IMG/VR virus record: IMGVR_UViG_3300023179_005186 | Span: 124,001 to 188,000 of that record | Strand: one strand, 5' to 3' | Length of the DNA: 64,000 nt | Shown: piece by piece, positions 1 through 12,200 of the stretch | Layout: every line of letters begins with the position of its first letter | Position numbering within the stretch: the first letter of the stretch is position 1 | Notes under the pieces: model-generated | Database searches by the model: none | What the model was told of the DNA's origin: nothing | What the model saw: the letters and a program-made list of their open reading frames with translations, nothing else | Program-made: the position numbers and the translations under genes

Positions 1-3000
1 AATAAATTAGAAGAAATAGATATTTTAAAATATAATTTACTAAAGAAAGAATATAAAATATTAAGTTTAATATTAGCTAATTTACAAATAATAATAATAG
101 AAAATGAAAATATTTTGCTTTATTCAAAAAATCAATCAATGAAATCACTAAATGAATTAATTAAGAAACTAAATGATTTATATAATAAATCATTTTTAGA
201 TATATATAATAAAGATAATGAAAATTTATTAAATAATGAATCAATGTATTCAGAAATAGGTGATATAAAATCAGAGGAAAATAAAACTAATAAATCAGTA
301 GAATCAGTAGAATCATTAGATTCTAATAATTTAGATAAATTACAAAAAGATAATGTTATTTTATCATCTGAAATATTACAAACTGTTAATATATTGGATA
401 CTAAAAATAAATCAAGTCAAGATAATTTAATAAAAAAAAGATTAAATAATAAAGAAGATTTAGAATGTAATTTAAATTTAGAAATTTTAAATGATATTAA
501 AAATATTTATTATCAAGAAGATAAATTTAATAATTATGGAAAGTATTCATATTTAGTAAATTTGATTAAATATAATCCATTTGAAGAAATTAAAAATCAA
601 ATAATACTTTTATCAAAAATAGTTGGTTTTACTTCAATAAAAGATATAATATATTTATCTTTAAATAAAAATGACTTTGTATTTGAAAAAAAAGATAAAT
701 CATTATATGAATTATTATCATCAATATTTATACCATTAGATTTTGATATATTAGATTATACAGAAAAAATAAATATTAATATTTCAAAACTAGAGTCAAC
801 AAATACTATATTATTTAATAGTCAATGTTTAATAAATTTTACAATCAATAATAAATTGTTAAAAATTAAAGGATTTATAAAAAATGATCCACTTAATATT
901 TTTTTGAGAACTTCACAAATTTCAAATAATTTTTTATATTTAAAAAAGTGTAATTTTGAAAAAATAATAAATGAAATTGATAAAGAACCATGTGATTTAA
1001 TTATAACAAGAGATACTTATAATAAATTACAAAAGATTAATAAAGAATTTGCTATAGTATATCTCAAAAATATGACAATTTGTGAAATATTAATATTAGA
1101 TTCAACACAATTTGTTTTAAAATTATATGAAGATTATAATAAATTTAATGAATTAACAAAAATACAATTTGTTAAATTAATTAAAAATTTTACAAAAGAC
1201 TCGAATGAAAATTTATCTAATATGTATAATACTATTAGATTATTATTATTAGGTACTGAAGAAAATTGTTCAGTTGCTAGTTTGTTATTTAATTTATTAA
1301 AAGATAAAAAAAGTACAAATTCAAATGAATATATTGCAAATATAATATATAATCAACTAAGTCATATATGTCAATTAAAACTTAAAAAATCAACATTTAA
1401 TATTAAAAATGAACTTGAAAAACTAAAAAGTATAACAACATCAGATATTGATTTAAAAAAACAGGTATTATTATCAAAAAATATGCCTGATCATATAAAA
1501 AAAATATGTTTAGAAAAATTAGAAGAATTAAAAAATGCAAATAATGAAACATATAAAATAAAAATGTATGTAAATATTTTAGTACAATTTCCATGGCCAT
1601 CAGATTTAGATGATAATATTTTTAGGATTGTTGGATCTGATAAAAAGAAATCAAAAGAATTTTTAGAAAATGTTGAAAATAAATTAAATTTACAAATTTT
1701 TGGTCATAAACTTGCTAAAAATAAAACTTTACAAATATTAGCTAAATTAATATCAGTACAAGGATCTCATATATCACCAATAGCATTGTCAGGACCTCCT
1801 GGTGTTGGTAAAACAAAATTTGCTCAGGTATTAGCTGATTGTCTTGATATACCTTTTGTACAAATCACATTAGGTGGTCAAAATGATGGTGAACTTTTAC
1901 ATGGTCATGGATATACATATTCAGGAGCACAACCTGGTTTAATTGTTAAAAAAATGGTTGATGCGGGATCTGCTCGTTGTATTATGTATTTTGATGAATT
2001 AGATAAATGTGTATCAAAAAATGGTCAAGTTAATGAATTAATGAGTATTTTGATACATTTAACAGATCCAATGACAAATGGTTCATTCCAAGATAGATTT
2101 TTCCAAGAGATTACTTTTCCTCTAAATAAGGTTATTTTTATGTTTAGTTTTAACGATACAAGTAAAATTGATAAGATATTATTAGATAGAATGGAAGTAC
2201 TAGATGTTGAATCATATAGTATTAAAGAAAAAATAATTATTGCAAATGATTATTTACTTAAACAGTTATGTAAAGATGTTGGTTTTGATAATAAATCTAT
2301 AGATTTTAGTGAAGAAGTATTAACAAAAATCATTGAAGATTATACATTTGAACCAGGTGTTCGTTCTCTTAAACGTTCTTTAGAAAATATTTTATTGAAA
2401 TTAAATATTGATAAAATTTATCAAAGAGGTTTATTTGAAACAAATATTGAATATTCTATTGATAATCCTATTAAAATAACATTTAATATTGCTACAGATT
2501 TTCTTGGTGAAACAAAAGTAAATTTTAAATGTATACACAGTAAAGATATGATTGGTGTAGTAAATGGATTATATGCTACTAGTTTATGTAGTGGTGGTAT
2601 TGTTCCTATACAATTAACTGCAAATCATCTAGGTAAAAATTCTAAATTTATATTAAAATTAACAGGTAATCAAAAAAAAATTATGAAAGAATCTATTTTA
2701 TATTCTTTTACAACTGCAATAAATCTTTTAACTGATGATGGTAAAGAACAATTTTTTATAAAATATCCAAATGGTATACATATACACACACCTGAAGCAG
2801 CAACTCCTAAAGATGGACCTAGTGCTGGTGTAGCTTTTACACTAGCATTTTTATCTATTATGTTAGAATTACCTATTGATAGAACAATAGCTTTAACTGG
2901 AGAAATAGATTTATATGGTAATGTAACAAAAATAGGTGGAGTAAAATATAAAGTTCAAGGTGCATTTAAAGCTGGAGTTAAAACAGTTTTTTTACCAATT

Positions 3001-3147
3001 GAAAATAAAGAAGATCTTGAAAAAACACAAAAAGATCTTCCTGAAATATTTACCCCGGATATAAAATGCTTTTTTGTTGAACATGTTTTAGAAGTAGCTG
3101 AAAAAGCATTAATTGGTTGGGATATTAAAAAAATTTTAATTAAATGA
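1..3147 (+). CDS. lon: Lon ATP-dependent protease (5' end runs off the window)
   Basis: Frame is open from base 1. Walker A GPPGVGKT, Walker B YFDELDK, EPGVRSL, catalytic Ser motif TPKDGPSAG, and Lys in GGVKYK. Confidence 0.95.
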   Translation, partial: NKLEEIDILKYNLLKKEYKILSLILANLQIIIIENENILLYSKNQSMKSLNELIKKLNDLYNKSFLDIYNKDNENLLNNESMYSEIGDIKSEENKTNKSVESVESLDSNNLDKLQKDNVILSSEILQTVNILDTKNKSSQDNLIKKRLNNKEDLECNLNLEILNDIKNIYYQEDKFNNYGKYSYLVNLIKYNPFEEIKNQIILLSKIVGFTSIKDIIYLSLNKNDFVFEKKDKSLYELLSSIFIPLDFDILDYTEKININISKLESTNTILFNSQCLINFTINNKLLKIKGFIKNDPLNIFLRTSQISNNFLYLKKCNFEKIINEIDKEPCDLIITRDTYNKLQKINKEFAIVYLKNMTICEILILDSTQFVLKLYEDYNKFNELTKIQFVKLIKNFTKDSNENLSNMYNTIRLLLLGTEENCSVASLLFNLLKDKKSTNSNEYIANIIYNQLSHICQLKLKKSTFNIKNELEKLKSITTSDIDLKKQVLLSKNMPDHIKKICLEKLEELKNANNETYKIKMYVNILVQFPWPSDLDDNIFRIVGSDKKKSKEFLENVENKLNLQIFGHKLAKNKTLQILAKLISVQGSHISPIALSGPPGVGKTKFAQVLADCLDIPFVQITLGGQNDGELLHGHGYTYSGAQPGLIVKKMVDAGSARCIMYFDELDKCVSKNGQVNELMSILIHLTDPMTNGSFQDRFFQEITFPLNKVIFMFSFNDTSKIDKILLDRMEVLDVESYSIKEKIIIANDYLLKQLCKDVGFDNKSIDFSEEVLTKIIEDYTFEPGVRSLKRSLENILLKLNIDKIYQRGLFETNIEYSIDNPIKITFNIATDFLGETKVNFKCIHSKDMIGVVNGLYATSLCSGGIVPIQLTANHLGKNSKFILKLTGNQKKIMKESILYSFTTAINLLTDDGKEQFFIKYPNGIHIHTPEAATPKDGPSAGVAFTLAFLSIMLELPIDRTIALTGEIDLYGNVTKIGGVKYKVQGAFKAGVKTVFLPIENKEDLEKTQKDLPEIFTPDIKCFFVEHVLEVAEKALIGWDIKKILIK

Positions 3148-4410
3148 ATTAAATAATTTAGCATGTTTAATAGTAAATTTTTTTAGTTCATTTATATCAT
3201 TTGGTTTAAATGATTTTTTTTCTAAATCAAATGATATAGATCCAGGACTAGTTAAATTATAATATACTATACCGTCAAATGAATATATACCAAATAGTTC
3301 TTTTGTTAATATTATTTTATAAATATCTTCATCAAATAAAAATCTATATAATTTGTTTGAATATAAAAATATAAAAAGTTTATACATATAAAAATTTATT
3401 GAATAAGCTAACTTTTTATTTTTTCCTTGATTTAATTTTTCAATTAATTTATAATTTTTAAAAATATTATTAGTTTTCATTTTGATATCATTTTTTTCAA
3501 AAATATATTTAAATATTAAAAATATTAAATGATATTCTTCTTTTGGTACTTTATTTTTATAATGTTCAAAATAAAAAAATAAACTACTAAATGGACTCCA
3601 TTTTATTCTTACAGCCCATGGTAATTTATTTTTTATTAAATAATTTGTATAATCAACATTTAAAAAATATTCATCAAATCCATAAATAAAATTTTTATAA
3701 TTTTTATAAATTGAATCTGGTATTTTTCCACCTAAATCTTTAACTTTATTTTTATAGTTTGAAAAAACTTTAAATGGATTTTTTTCCATTTTTTTCATAA
3801 AATCAATTATTACTTTATGATCAGTTTTTTTGTAACCAGAAAAACTAGATGCAACTGAATACGGATTTATATTACCATGATTTAACATTTCTAAATCAAA
3901 AATTATATTTTTTCCTAAATTTCCTCTTTTTAACATATATATTTGATCAAAATTTTTACATTTCAATACATTACTTTTATTAATATCAAAATAATGATAA
4001 TCATCAATATCACATATTATTACTAAATTTGCATCATTATTTTCAAAATCAAATAGTGGAAAAAATCTTAACATTGTTCCAAAAAATCCATAATGAAATT
4101 CTGTATTAGGTATTTGATATTCCTTACACTTATATAAAACCAATTCTATTTTTTCAAGCGAATTTATTCTACTCATTAATTGCGAATCTTTATATACAGA
4201 TTCATCAATAAATAATCTTAACGAAAAATTCATTGGATCTGAAATAACTTTTTCATATAATTTTTCTAAACCATCAATATATAAATTAAAATCCTTATGT
4301 GTCGATATAATAGCTTTAAAAAATGATGATGATACTATATTTTTTTTAATATTTGGATTAAAATTAAATAATGGTTCTAATTTACATATATTATTTGTTA
4401 AATATTCCAT
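3136..4410 (-). CDS. Hypothetical giant-virus protein (GTMLRFFPLFD...ICDID motif, possibly glycosyltransferase-like)
   Basis: 424-aa ORF with a DxD-like motif; function not established. Confidence 0.7.
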   Translation of the reverse strand: MEYLTNNICKLEPLFNFNPNIKKNIVSSSFFKAIISTHKDFNLYIDGLEKLYEKVISDPMNFSLRLFIDESVYKDSQLMSRINSLEKIELVLYKCKEYQIPNTEFHYGFFGTMLRFFPLFDFENNDANLVIICDIDDYHYFDINKSNVLKCKNFDQIYMLKRGNLGKNIIFDLEMLNHGNINPYSVASSFSGYKKTDHKVIIDFMKKMEKNPFKVFSNYKNKVKDLGGKIPDSIYKNYKNFIYGFDEYFLNVDYTNYLIKNKLPWAVRIKWSPFSSLFFYFEHYKNKVPKEEYHLIFLIFKYIFEKNDIKMKTNNIFKNYKLIEKLNQGKNKKLAYSINFYMYKLFIFLYSNKLYRFLFDEDIYKIILTKELFGIYSFDGIVYYNLTSPGSISFDLEKKSFKPNDINELKKFTIKHAKLFNSFN

Positions 4411-4460
4411 TATATTAATTCATTATATTTTAATTAAATTCTAGTTATATAAATATAAAT

Positions 4461-5999
4461 TTATAATTGAGAATATTTAAATTTTAAGTCAGCATAAGTT
4501 TGATTTAATATGAAAAATTCATTATCAATTTCTTTATCTTTATTATTAAATTCAATATTATGTTCTACTATTAATTTATTATTAATAACTAATTCATTTG
4601 TACTATCATCTAATAAACTATATATTTTATTAGCCGATTTACCCATTGTTTTTTCAACATCAATGTTAAATCTTAAAAATTTTGGTTTTAATATTTCTAA
4701 TATTTCAATATCATCTTGGTATTTTTTTATTTCAACACTTAATTTATCACAAATCTTGTCATTTGTTAATATATTTACAAACGGTTCTATCTTTTTAAAA
4801 GCTTTTGCTATTGTTACTTGTGAAACATTAAATTTATCTGCTATAATTTTTTTTTGAATATTTAATCCATTTAAATGAATCATCATATATATAGATCCTG
4901 TAGCTAAACTTAAAGGAGTATGTACTGATGCAATCTGTAATTTTTGAACATTATTTGATATTTGTATAGCTTGTTCTATAAATTCATTTTTAATTTTTAA
5001 TTCTTCACAAAATCTTGTAATAAAATGTTCAGGCTTTGTAAAATTAAATTTATAATCAATCTTTTTTAATTTTGCTAATTTTTGAAATATTTTACATCCT
5101 TTTGTTATTTCTGTATATCTTAATCCAAATAGTTCTGCTATCTCTTTGGGAGATCTTGTTTTATTTTTTTTTCTACATGCATATAAAATACATCCAGCAA
5201 TTACACTAATTCTATTCTTTCCTCTAATAATTATTGCTTTACCACTGTTTTTACCTGATATATGTTTACAATCAGATATATTTTTATACATTATTTTTGC
5301 ATCATCTTCTATACATTTTAAAATATTACCTTCAGCACATTTAGCTTGTATTATTTTGAATACATCATTTAAACTTCTTTCTTTATAAGGCATTACTGTC
5401 CATTTATGAATTGTTTTCATGCGCGATGAACAAGATATTGCTATATTTGTAGATGTTGATGATTGAGGTAATAATGTTGATATATTATGAGAACTTCTAA
5501 TATTATCTTTTTTATTATCATCATTATACTGAGTCCATTCACCATTTGTATCCATTAATGTTGATATTACTTCACCACATTTCTTACAAACAATTATCCC
5601 TTGTGATGTATCTTCAACAACATCATCATCTTTACAACTACAACAATAAAATCTTCTTTTTTCTTGCTTTATATTTAAATCATTATTTTCATATATTAAT
5701 TCAATCAAATCATTATATTTATCAAAATCTTCAATATCAATATTAACATACTCTTTTGTAAATGTTTTTTCTTTATTTTTTAATAAATTTATAGATTTTG
5801 ATATTTTTACTGATTCATATTCAGAATCTGAATCTGATTCTGAATCATCCAATTCTTCTAATTCTTCCAAATTTATAGATTCAATTTCTTCTGATACTAA
5901 TTCTAATTCCTTCAAATCTTCATAAATATCAAATTCATCATCAATTAAATCATCAATTAAATTATCATCAATTGATTTTAATTTATTTTTTTTACTCAT
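4461..5999 (-). CDS. TFIIB: Transcription initiation factor IIB with acidic N-terminal extension
   Basis: Zn ribbon CCSC...VCKKCG followed by EW; cyclin-repeat motifs YACRK, RSPKEIA, TPLSLATG, VSQVTI. Confidence 0.93.
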   Translation of the reverse strand: MSKKNKLKSIDDNLIDDLIDDEFDIYEDLKELELVSEEIESINLEELEELDDSESDSDSEYESVKISKSINLLKNKEKTFTKEYVNIDIEDFDKYNDLIELIYENNDLNIKQEKRRFYCCSCKDDDVVEDTSQGIIVCKKCGEVISTLMDTNGEWTQYNDDNKKDNIRSSHNISTLLPQSSTSTNIAISCSSRMKTIHKWTVMPYKERSLNDVFKIIQAKCAEGNILKCIEDDAKIMYKNISDCKHISGKNSGKAIIIRGKNRISVIAGCILYACRKKNKTRSPKEIAELFGLRYTEITKGCKIFQKLAKLKKIDYKFNFTKPEHFITRFCEELKIKNEFIEQAIQISNNVQKLQIASVHTPLSLATGSIYMMIHLNGLNIQKKIIADKFNVSQVTIAKAFKKIEPFVNILTNDKICDKLSVEIKKYQDDIEILEILKPKFLRFNIDVEKTMGKSANKIYSLLDDSTNELVINNKLIVEHNIEFNNKDKEIDNEFFILNQTYADLKFKYSQL

Positions 6000-6043
6000 C
6001 TTCTATCTTTTATATATATTTATTTTTTTAAATTGAAATAAAA

Positions 6044-6067
6044 TCAATTTTTATATATAAAAATTGA
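6044..6067. promoter_or_regulatory. Back-to-back AAAATTGA early promoters for divergent TFIIB and UDG
   Basis: TCAATTTT at 6044-6051 (minus strand) and AAAATTGA at 6060-6067; this is the Mimiviridae early promoter motif. Confidence 0.8.
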
Positions 6068-6099
6068 TTTTAACTTATAATAGATATTAAGATTGTATA

Positions 6100-6864
6100 A
6101 TGAAAAAATTTAACTTGGTAATAAACAAGAATTGGATAAAAATATTTGATGAAATGGATAAAGATGTATATGAAGAGACAGAAAAAAATTACAATAAGTT
6201 ATTAGATTCAAAAATAAATATTTTTCCTATTTATAAAAATATATTTAATTTTACTAATTATTCAATACCTGATGAAATTAAAGTTGTATGTTTAGGTCAA
6301 GATCCGTATCATGGATTATTTATGAATTTAAAAACAAACTGTTTTAATCCTCAAGCAATGGGATTAGCTTTTTCTGTACCTTCAGAATGTAAAATTCCAC
6401 CTTCATTAGATAATATATATAATAATATGCTTAAATTTGGCCATATAATTAAAAAACCTACTCATGGAAATTTAGATTTTTTTGCTTATCAAGGTGTATT
6501 ATTATTAAATACTAGTTTAAGTGTTGAACAATCTAAACCAAACTCTCATCAGCAATCATGGCTTATGTTTACAGATGAACTATTAAAAATCATATCAAGT
6601 AAATATAAAAACTTAATATTTGTATTATGGGGATCAAGTGCTTATAACAAATTAAAAATTATATTAAATAAAGAATCACATAAATTTATTATTTCTTCAC
6701 ATCCATCACCTCTTTCAGCATATAAACCATTTAAAAATTACAATAGTTTTATTGAAACAGATCATTTTGGATTAATAAATAATTATATTAATGATTTTAA
6801 TGAATTAGAAGAAAATAAAATTAATAATAAATATATACAACCAATTGTGTGGAATATTTATTAA
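6100..6864 (+). CDS. ung: Uracil-DNA glycosylase (family 1)
   Basis: Motifs GQDPYH, GLAFSV, PPSL, GVLLLNT, VLWG and HPSPLS. Confidence 0.96.
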   Translation: MKKFNLVINKNWIKIFDEMDKDVYEETEKNYNKLLDSKINIFPIYKNIFNFTNYSIPDEIKVVCLGQDPYHGLFMNLKTNCFNPQAMGLAFSVPSECKIPPSLDNIYNNMLKFGHIIKKPTHGNLDFFAYQGVLLLNTSLSVEQSKPNSHQQSWLMFTDELLKIISSKYKNLIFVLWGSSAYNKLKIILNKESHKFIISSHPSPLSAYKPFKNYNSFIETDHFGLINNYINDFNELEENKINNKYIQPIVWNIY

Positions 6865-7982
6865 ATTTTATAATTCATTGTATTAAAGATTTCATTTAAT
6901 ATTGTAGTATTACATTCTATATTTGAATTATTTAAATCATTTGAAGATTCATGTACAAATTTTTTTGATATTGATCTTGAATTAATTTTAGATTTTTGTT
7001 TAGAATTATTTTTACTAAATTTTTTTTTATTATTTACATATTTTTCTTGTTTAATTAAATCATTATTTATTTTTTTATTATTATTTACCCATTTTTCATA
7101 ATCTTTTTTATTTAAAAAAATTGATCTATCTGATTCAGTATCATCATTTTTTTTAATAGTTTTAAGTTCTTCAGAAAGATCAATACATTTATTATAATTT
7201 ATTTTTGAACAAGACTTTTTAGATTTTTTATTAGATTTATCATTATCAAAAGGTTTTTTACATAATGCTGTAGTACAAATAATATTAGACTTAGATGAAT
7301 TAGATTTACATTTACTTGAACTTGAACTTGAACTTGAACTTGAACTATGACAATGTTCATGACAAATTTTTATTAGCCATTTTATAAAAATAATAATTTT
7401 TATAAACAAAAATATTACAACTATTTTAAAATATTTCCAAAATATGACTAATAATTTATATATTTCACATAATAATATTTTAAAAAATTTTATAATTAAT
7501 TTAATAATATTACAATCTGATGGACTAGGAGAATTAGATGAACTTGATGAACTAGATGATTCTGAACATTCACTAAAATTATCACAATTATCTAAATTAT
7601 CAAAATTATTATTGGATTTCTTTTTTTTTGAATTAATATTTTTCAATGCTTCTTCAATTAAAGATTTTGAAGCACTGTGAGCTACTTTAGCATTAGAAAT
7701 ATTATTTCTTCTATTATTTATAAATTTTTCAAATTCAATAGTTGTTGAAGTTTCTGATTTTTTTTTTTTTGATAAACTTTCTAATTTTTTATTTACATCA
7801 AATTTTTTAGAAGGTTTATCTATTTGATTACATTCAATATTTTCTTTATCAGAATTAGATGTTTCTGTATTTTCTGAAGATGTTGTATCAATTGTAGTTT
7901 CAGTGAAAATATAAGATTCAGAATCAGTTACATCTTTTTTAATTTTTTTTTTATTTTTTGTAAAGATTTTCTCTAATTTCAT
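6861..7982 (-). CDS. Hypothetical Lys/Ser-rich protein with a central hydrophobic segment
   Basis: 373-aa ORF; poly-Ser tracts flank a TM-like stretch. Confidence 0.7.
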   Translation of the reverse strand: MKLEKIFTKNKKKIKKDVTDSESYIFTETTIDTTSSENTETSNSDKENIECNQIDKPSKKFDVNKKLESLSKKKKSETSTTIEFEKFINNRRNNISNAKVAHSASKSLIEEALKNINSKKKKSNNNFDNLDNCDNFSECSESSSSSSSSNSPSPSDCNIIKLIIKFFKILLCEIYKLLVIFWKYFKIVVIFLFIKIIIFIKWLIKICHEHCHSSSSSSSSSSSKCKSNSSKSNIICTTALCKKPFDNDKSNKKSKKSCSKINYNKCIDLSEELKTIKKNDDTESDRSIFLNKKDYEKWVNNNKKINNDLIKQEKYVNNKKKFSKNNSKQKSKINSRSISKKFVHESSNDLNNSNIECNTTILNEIFNTMNYKI

Positions 7983-8160
7983 ATTGTTTATTTATAATAT
8001 ATATAAGAAAGTTTTTTATAATTGAATAAATAAAATATATATCTATATATTTACCTTTATTGATAAATTAATTTAGTTAGTATTGGATAAAAATTAATTA
8101 TAGAGTGATTAAAAAATTAGTTAAACAAATAGAATATATAATATAATTATATATATACTA

Positions 8161-9174
8161 ATGTTAGAATATATTGCAATATTTTATAACTACTTTAAGT
8201 TATTTATTAGTTTAAGTTTGTTTACTTATATCTTTAAATTTTGTTTTGATACTTGTAATGAAAAAATAACTATAAAAAATAAACATGGAAAAAAAAAGCA
8301 AACTATAAAATCGAGAATAGGCTTAGCTATAACATATTTATTTTTTTGTATTATGTTATATTTTAGTTTAACTCCATATGTATTTTTTACAATTTTTAGT
8401 TTAATTGGCATTGGTACACTTTATGCATTAGATAAATTTGATAAACCAACTGTTAATCAATTATGTGTTTATGATAAAAATAAGTTATTAAGAACAGTAT
8501 GGAAGATTTTGTATACTGTAATTAATATAGTTTTCTATTTATATTCACCAGTTCATAGTATTATGAGTTCTAATTTTACTAATTTATTTGCAAATGCTAA
8601 AAATAAAACAACAAATACAGTTAATAAACATTTATTTTCTGGAATGGGAGAAGGATTAGGTGGAACATTAGGTGGAACATTAGATGGATTAGGTGATATT
8701 ACAACAATGGTTAGTGCTAAAGGAAAAGATCTAGGACAAAATCTTAAAAAAGTAATTCATGAATTAACTTCTGATGATAATAATGATAATAATGATAATA
8801 CACTTTCTTCAATGGGTGATTATATAAATAAAACTGATAATGATAAATCTAAGCAAATTATTAGTCAAAATCAAAAAATGATTATTGAAGAAGAAACGTC
8901 AACTGAAAATATAAAAGAAGTAGAAGTACAGTTAACACAAAATGAAATAGAAGATTTTAATAAATTAAAAAAAATATTAAATTCTGATGTTGTTGAACAA
9001 GAAGAAGAAAATGAAGATGATCAAGACTGTAAAATTGAAAATAATGATATTGATCAAAAAGAAGAGTCAGAAAAACTTTTAAAACTGTTTAAACAAATGA
9101 ATGATATATTCAGTACTACGGAAGAGGAATCTACCATAATTGATAATGTAAATAATACTGAAAAAACAGACTAA
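8161..9174 (+). CDS. Hypothetical membrane protein with acidic C-terminus
   Basis: 337-aa ORF with N-terminal hydrophobic helices and a GGTL tandem repeat. Confidence 0.7.
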   Translation: MLEYIAIFYNYFKLFISLSLFTYIFKFCFDTCNEKITIKNKHGKKKQTIKSRIGLAITYLFFCIMLYFSLTPYVFFTIFSLIGIGTLYALDKFDKPTVNQLCVYDKNKLLRTVWKILYTVINIVFYLYSPVHSIMSSNFTNLFANAKNKTTNTVNKHLFSGMGEGLGGTLGGTLDGLGDITTMVSAKGKDLGQNLKKVIHELTSDDNNDNNDNTLSSMGDYINKTDNDKSKQIISQNQKMIIEEETSTENIKEVEVQLTQNEIEDFNKLKKILNSDVVEQEEENEDDQDCKIENNDIDQKEESEKLLKLFKQMNDIFSTTEEESTIIDNVNNTEKTD

Positions 9175-9298
9175 AACTTTATTAAATTATTAGTTAAAAC
9201 TAATAAAATTTTTTTTTTTTCTAATAGTAATAATTACTAATAATTATTAAAAAAATTGTATTAATTTAAATATAGATTATTATTTATATATATAATCC

Positions 9299-12200
9299 AT
9301 GCAGACTATTGAGCCAAAAGATTCAGAACTAACAAATAATAAAATTTTCGAGCTTTTGGATGCAAGATTTGGCCGCAGATATATTTTATATGAACATCTT
9401 CATAATTCTTACAACGAATTAATTAATCAGATTATTTATTATTTACAAACAAATGATAATATTTTTCAAGAAAACAGAATTGGAGATTTAATATACAGAT
9501 ATCGGTTCAAATATGAAAATCTATTTGTTCGTCCTCCCTTAAATGATAACGGAGATTCACTTATGTATCCTATGGATGCACGTGATAGGAATTTAACTTA
9601 TTCAATTAAAATTTTAGCAAAGATTACGCAACTACAAGAAATTTATGATTTAAATAAAAGTGAAATTATTAGTGTTAAAGTTATAGGAACTCCTGTCGAA
9701 AGAGAAACAGCTGTTATTTTACCTTGTATGGTCCGTTCCAAGTATTGTTCACTTGAAATAAATCGTGACTATAACAAGAAGGATTGTGAATATGATCCTG
9801 GAGGATATTTTATAGTTGGTGGTTCTGAAAAAATAGTTTTATCAATAGAAAGGATGGTAGAAAATAAACCACTTGTGTTTATAAAAAAAGATGCTGGTTT
9901 TATTAATTATTCAGTTAAAGTTAATTCAAGATCTTCAAATCCAAATATTATGATGCAACCAATTGAAATTAGAATAGAAAAAAATTATGATATTAAAATT
10001 AAGGTTCCAATTTTACAGGAAGTATCAGTATTTGTATTAATGAGAGCATTAGGTTTAGAAACTGATAAAGAAATTATCAAATATATTTTATACAATGATA
10101 ATGACATTGATATGTTAAATTTACTTAAAATATCTATAGATCTATCCAAGACTGAAAATAAGAAACTTATATTAACAAAAGAAGATGCTTATTTTAGTTT
10201 AACTAATAAATTACGAGTTGTTAAAAAATTTACTGATAAAGATAAAAAGCTCTTATATGATGAAAAAAAAGAGCATTTGCAACAATTATTAAGTACAGCA
10301 TTTATGCCACATATGAATAATAATCATCATGCTGATATTTTTAAAGCAAAAGCTTATTTTTTAGGTTTAATGGTAAATCGTTTATTAAATGCTTATTTAG
10401 GAAGAACTGAACCTGATGATCGTGATTCATTTGTTAATAAGCGAATCGATATGCCAGGTGAATTAATTTTTGATCTATTTAAGCAATATTATAAAAAAAT
10501 GTTAAATGATTGTAACAAGTTTTTTAATAGAAGATCTGCTTCAAATCATGATAATCCTCTAAATATTATTAATCAAATTAAGCCAACAACTATTGAACAA
10601 AATATTAAATCTGCAATGATGACGGGAAATTGGGGGAAAAAAAAAGGTGTTGCGCAAATGTATCCAAGACTAACTTTTTTACAATCATTATCTTTTCTAC
10701 GTAGAGTTGATCAATCAAGTTCAGAGGCATCTGCTAGTAAATTAACTGGTCCTAGACATTATCATCCATCTCAAGTTGGTTTTTTATGTCTAACAGGTGA
10801 TACAGAAGTGTTGATGTCAGATGGTTCGATAAAGTTAATAAAAGATATTAAAAATGGTGAATCAGTTATTTCGGTTGATAATAAAACTATGACAGAGGTA
10901 TCAACTCCAATTAAAAATTGGTTTAAACAAGATTGTGAAAAATTATTAAAGATAACAACTATTTCTGGTAGAGTTATTAAATGTACTCCAGATCATAAAT
11001 TATTAACTAAAGTTGGTGATAAATATGATTATGTAGAAGTTCAAAATTTAAAACCAAATCAAGATAGTTTAATTACTCGTCATACAGTAAAATATATTCC
11101 TCTAGATAAAACAACTGAAGTTATTATTACTGATGTATTAGAATTATACAAGATTCCATTACTTGAATTAGGATATTTAGACAAGTCTATATCACAAGAA
11201 AAATTAGAAATATTAGCAAGATTAATTGGTTTAAATATTGCAAATGGTCATATAGAAATCAAACCTGATGAAAAATACTATAATTGTGAATTTTTAGTAG
11301 CTGAAGAAAAAGATGCATTAGACTTATTAGATGATATTATGAAATTAGGTTTTGGAACTTCATCAATTAAAAGTGTAAAAAATAATCATATTAAATATAA
11401 AAATGGTAAACATACTATTTATAACACATGGAGTATTATTAAAAATGGTGTATTTGCTTATTTACTAAATTATTTGGGAGCTTTTGATAGAAAAAATCAA
11501 TTAGAATGTAAAATTCCTGATTGGATTATGAATGCAAATAAAAGAATTCAAAGAGAGTTTATAAGTGGTTTTATTGCTGGTAATGGATCTAGATTATTTA
11601 TGAATTTAAATAAAGGTATTTTTAAAATTAATTGTAGTAGATTGTGTCAAGTTTCTTCAAAAGTAAATGTAGTTGACACAATTAAATATTTAGAACAATT
11701 TATTATAATATTTAAACAGTTTAATATTGATTGTTATGTTAGTAAATTAAAAGAAACAGATGATTATGATAAAACACGTTGTGAAATTATCTTTAAACAA
11801 TCTTATGAAAATTTAAATAATTATGCTGATATAATAAACTTTAGATATTGTAATGAAAAAAGAAAAAAATCAGCTTTAACAATTGAATATATAAAATACA
11901 AAAATTATTATAGTGCAAATATTCCTAAAGATAAAAAACTTGGTACTAATCCATGTTTAAGTTATAAAGATTTTATTAAAGAAACGAATATCAATGATGA
12001 AAACTTTTTAATTAAAATAAAGTCGATTGAAGAAATCCCTACAGAACCAGTTTATGATTTTGAGACAATATATGATACACATAGTTTTGTAGCTGGTTCA
12101 CTTTACACTAGTAATTGCCCGGTAGAGTCTCCAGAGCATTCTAACATTGGTTTAGTAAAACATTTAAGTTTAGTTGGATCAATTACAGTAGGATCTCAAG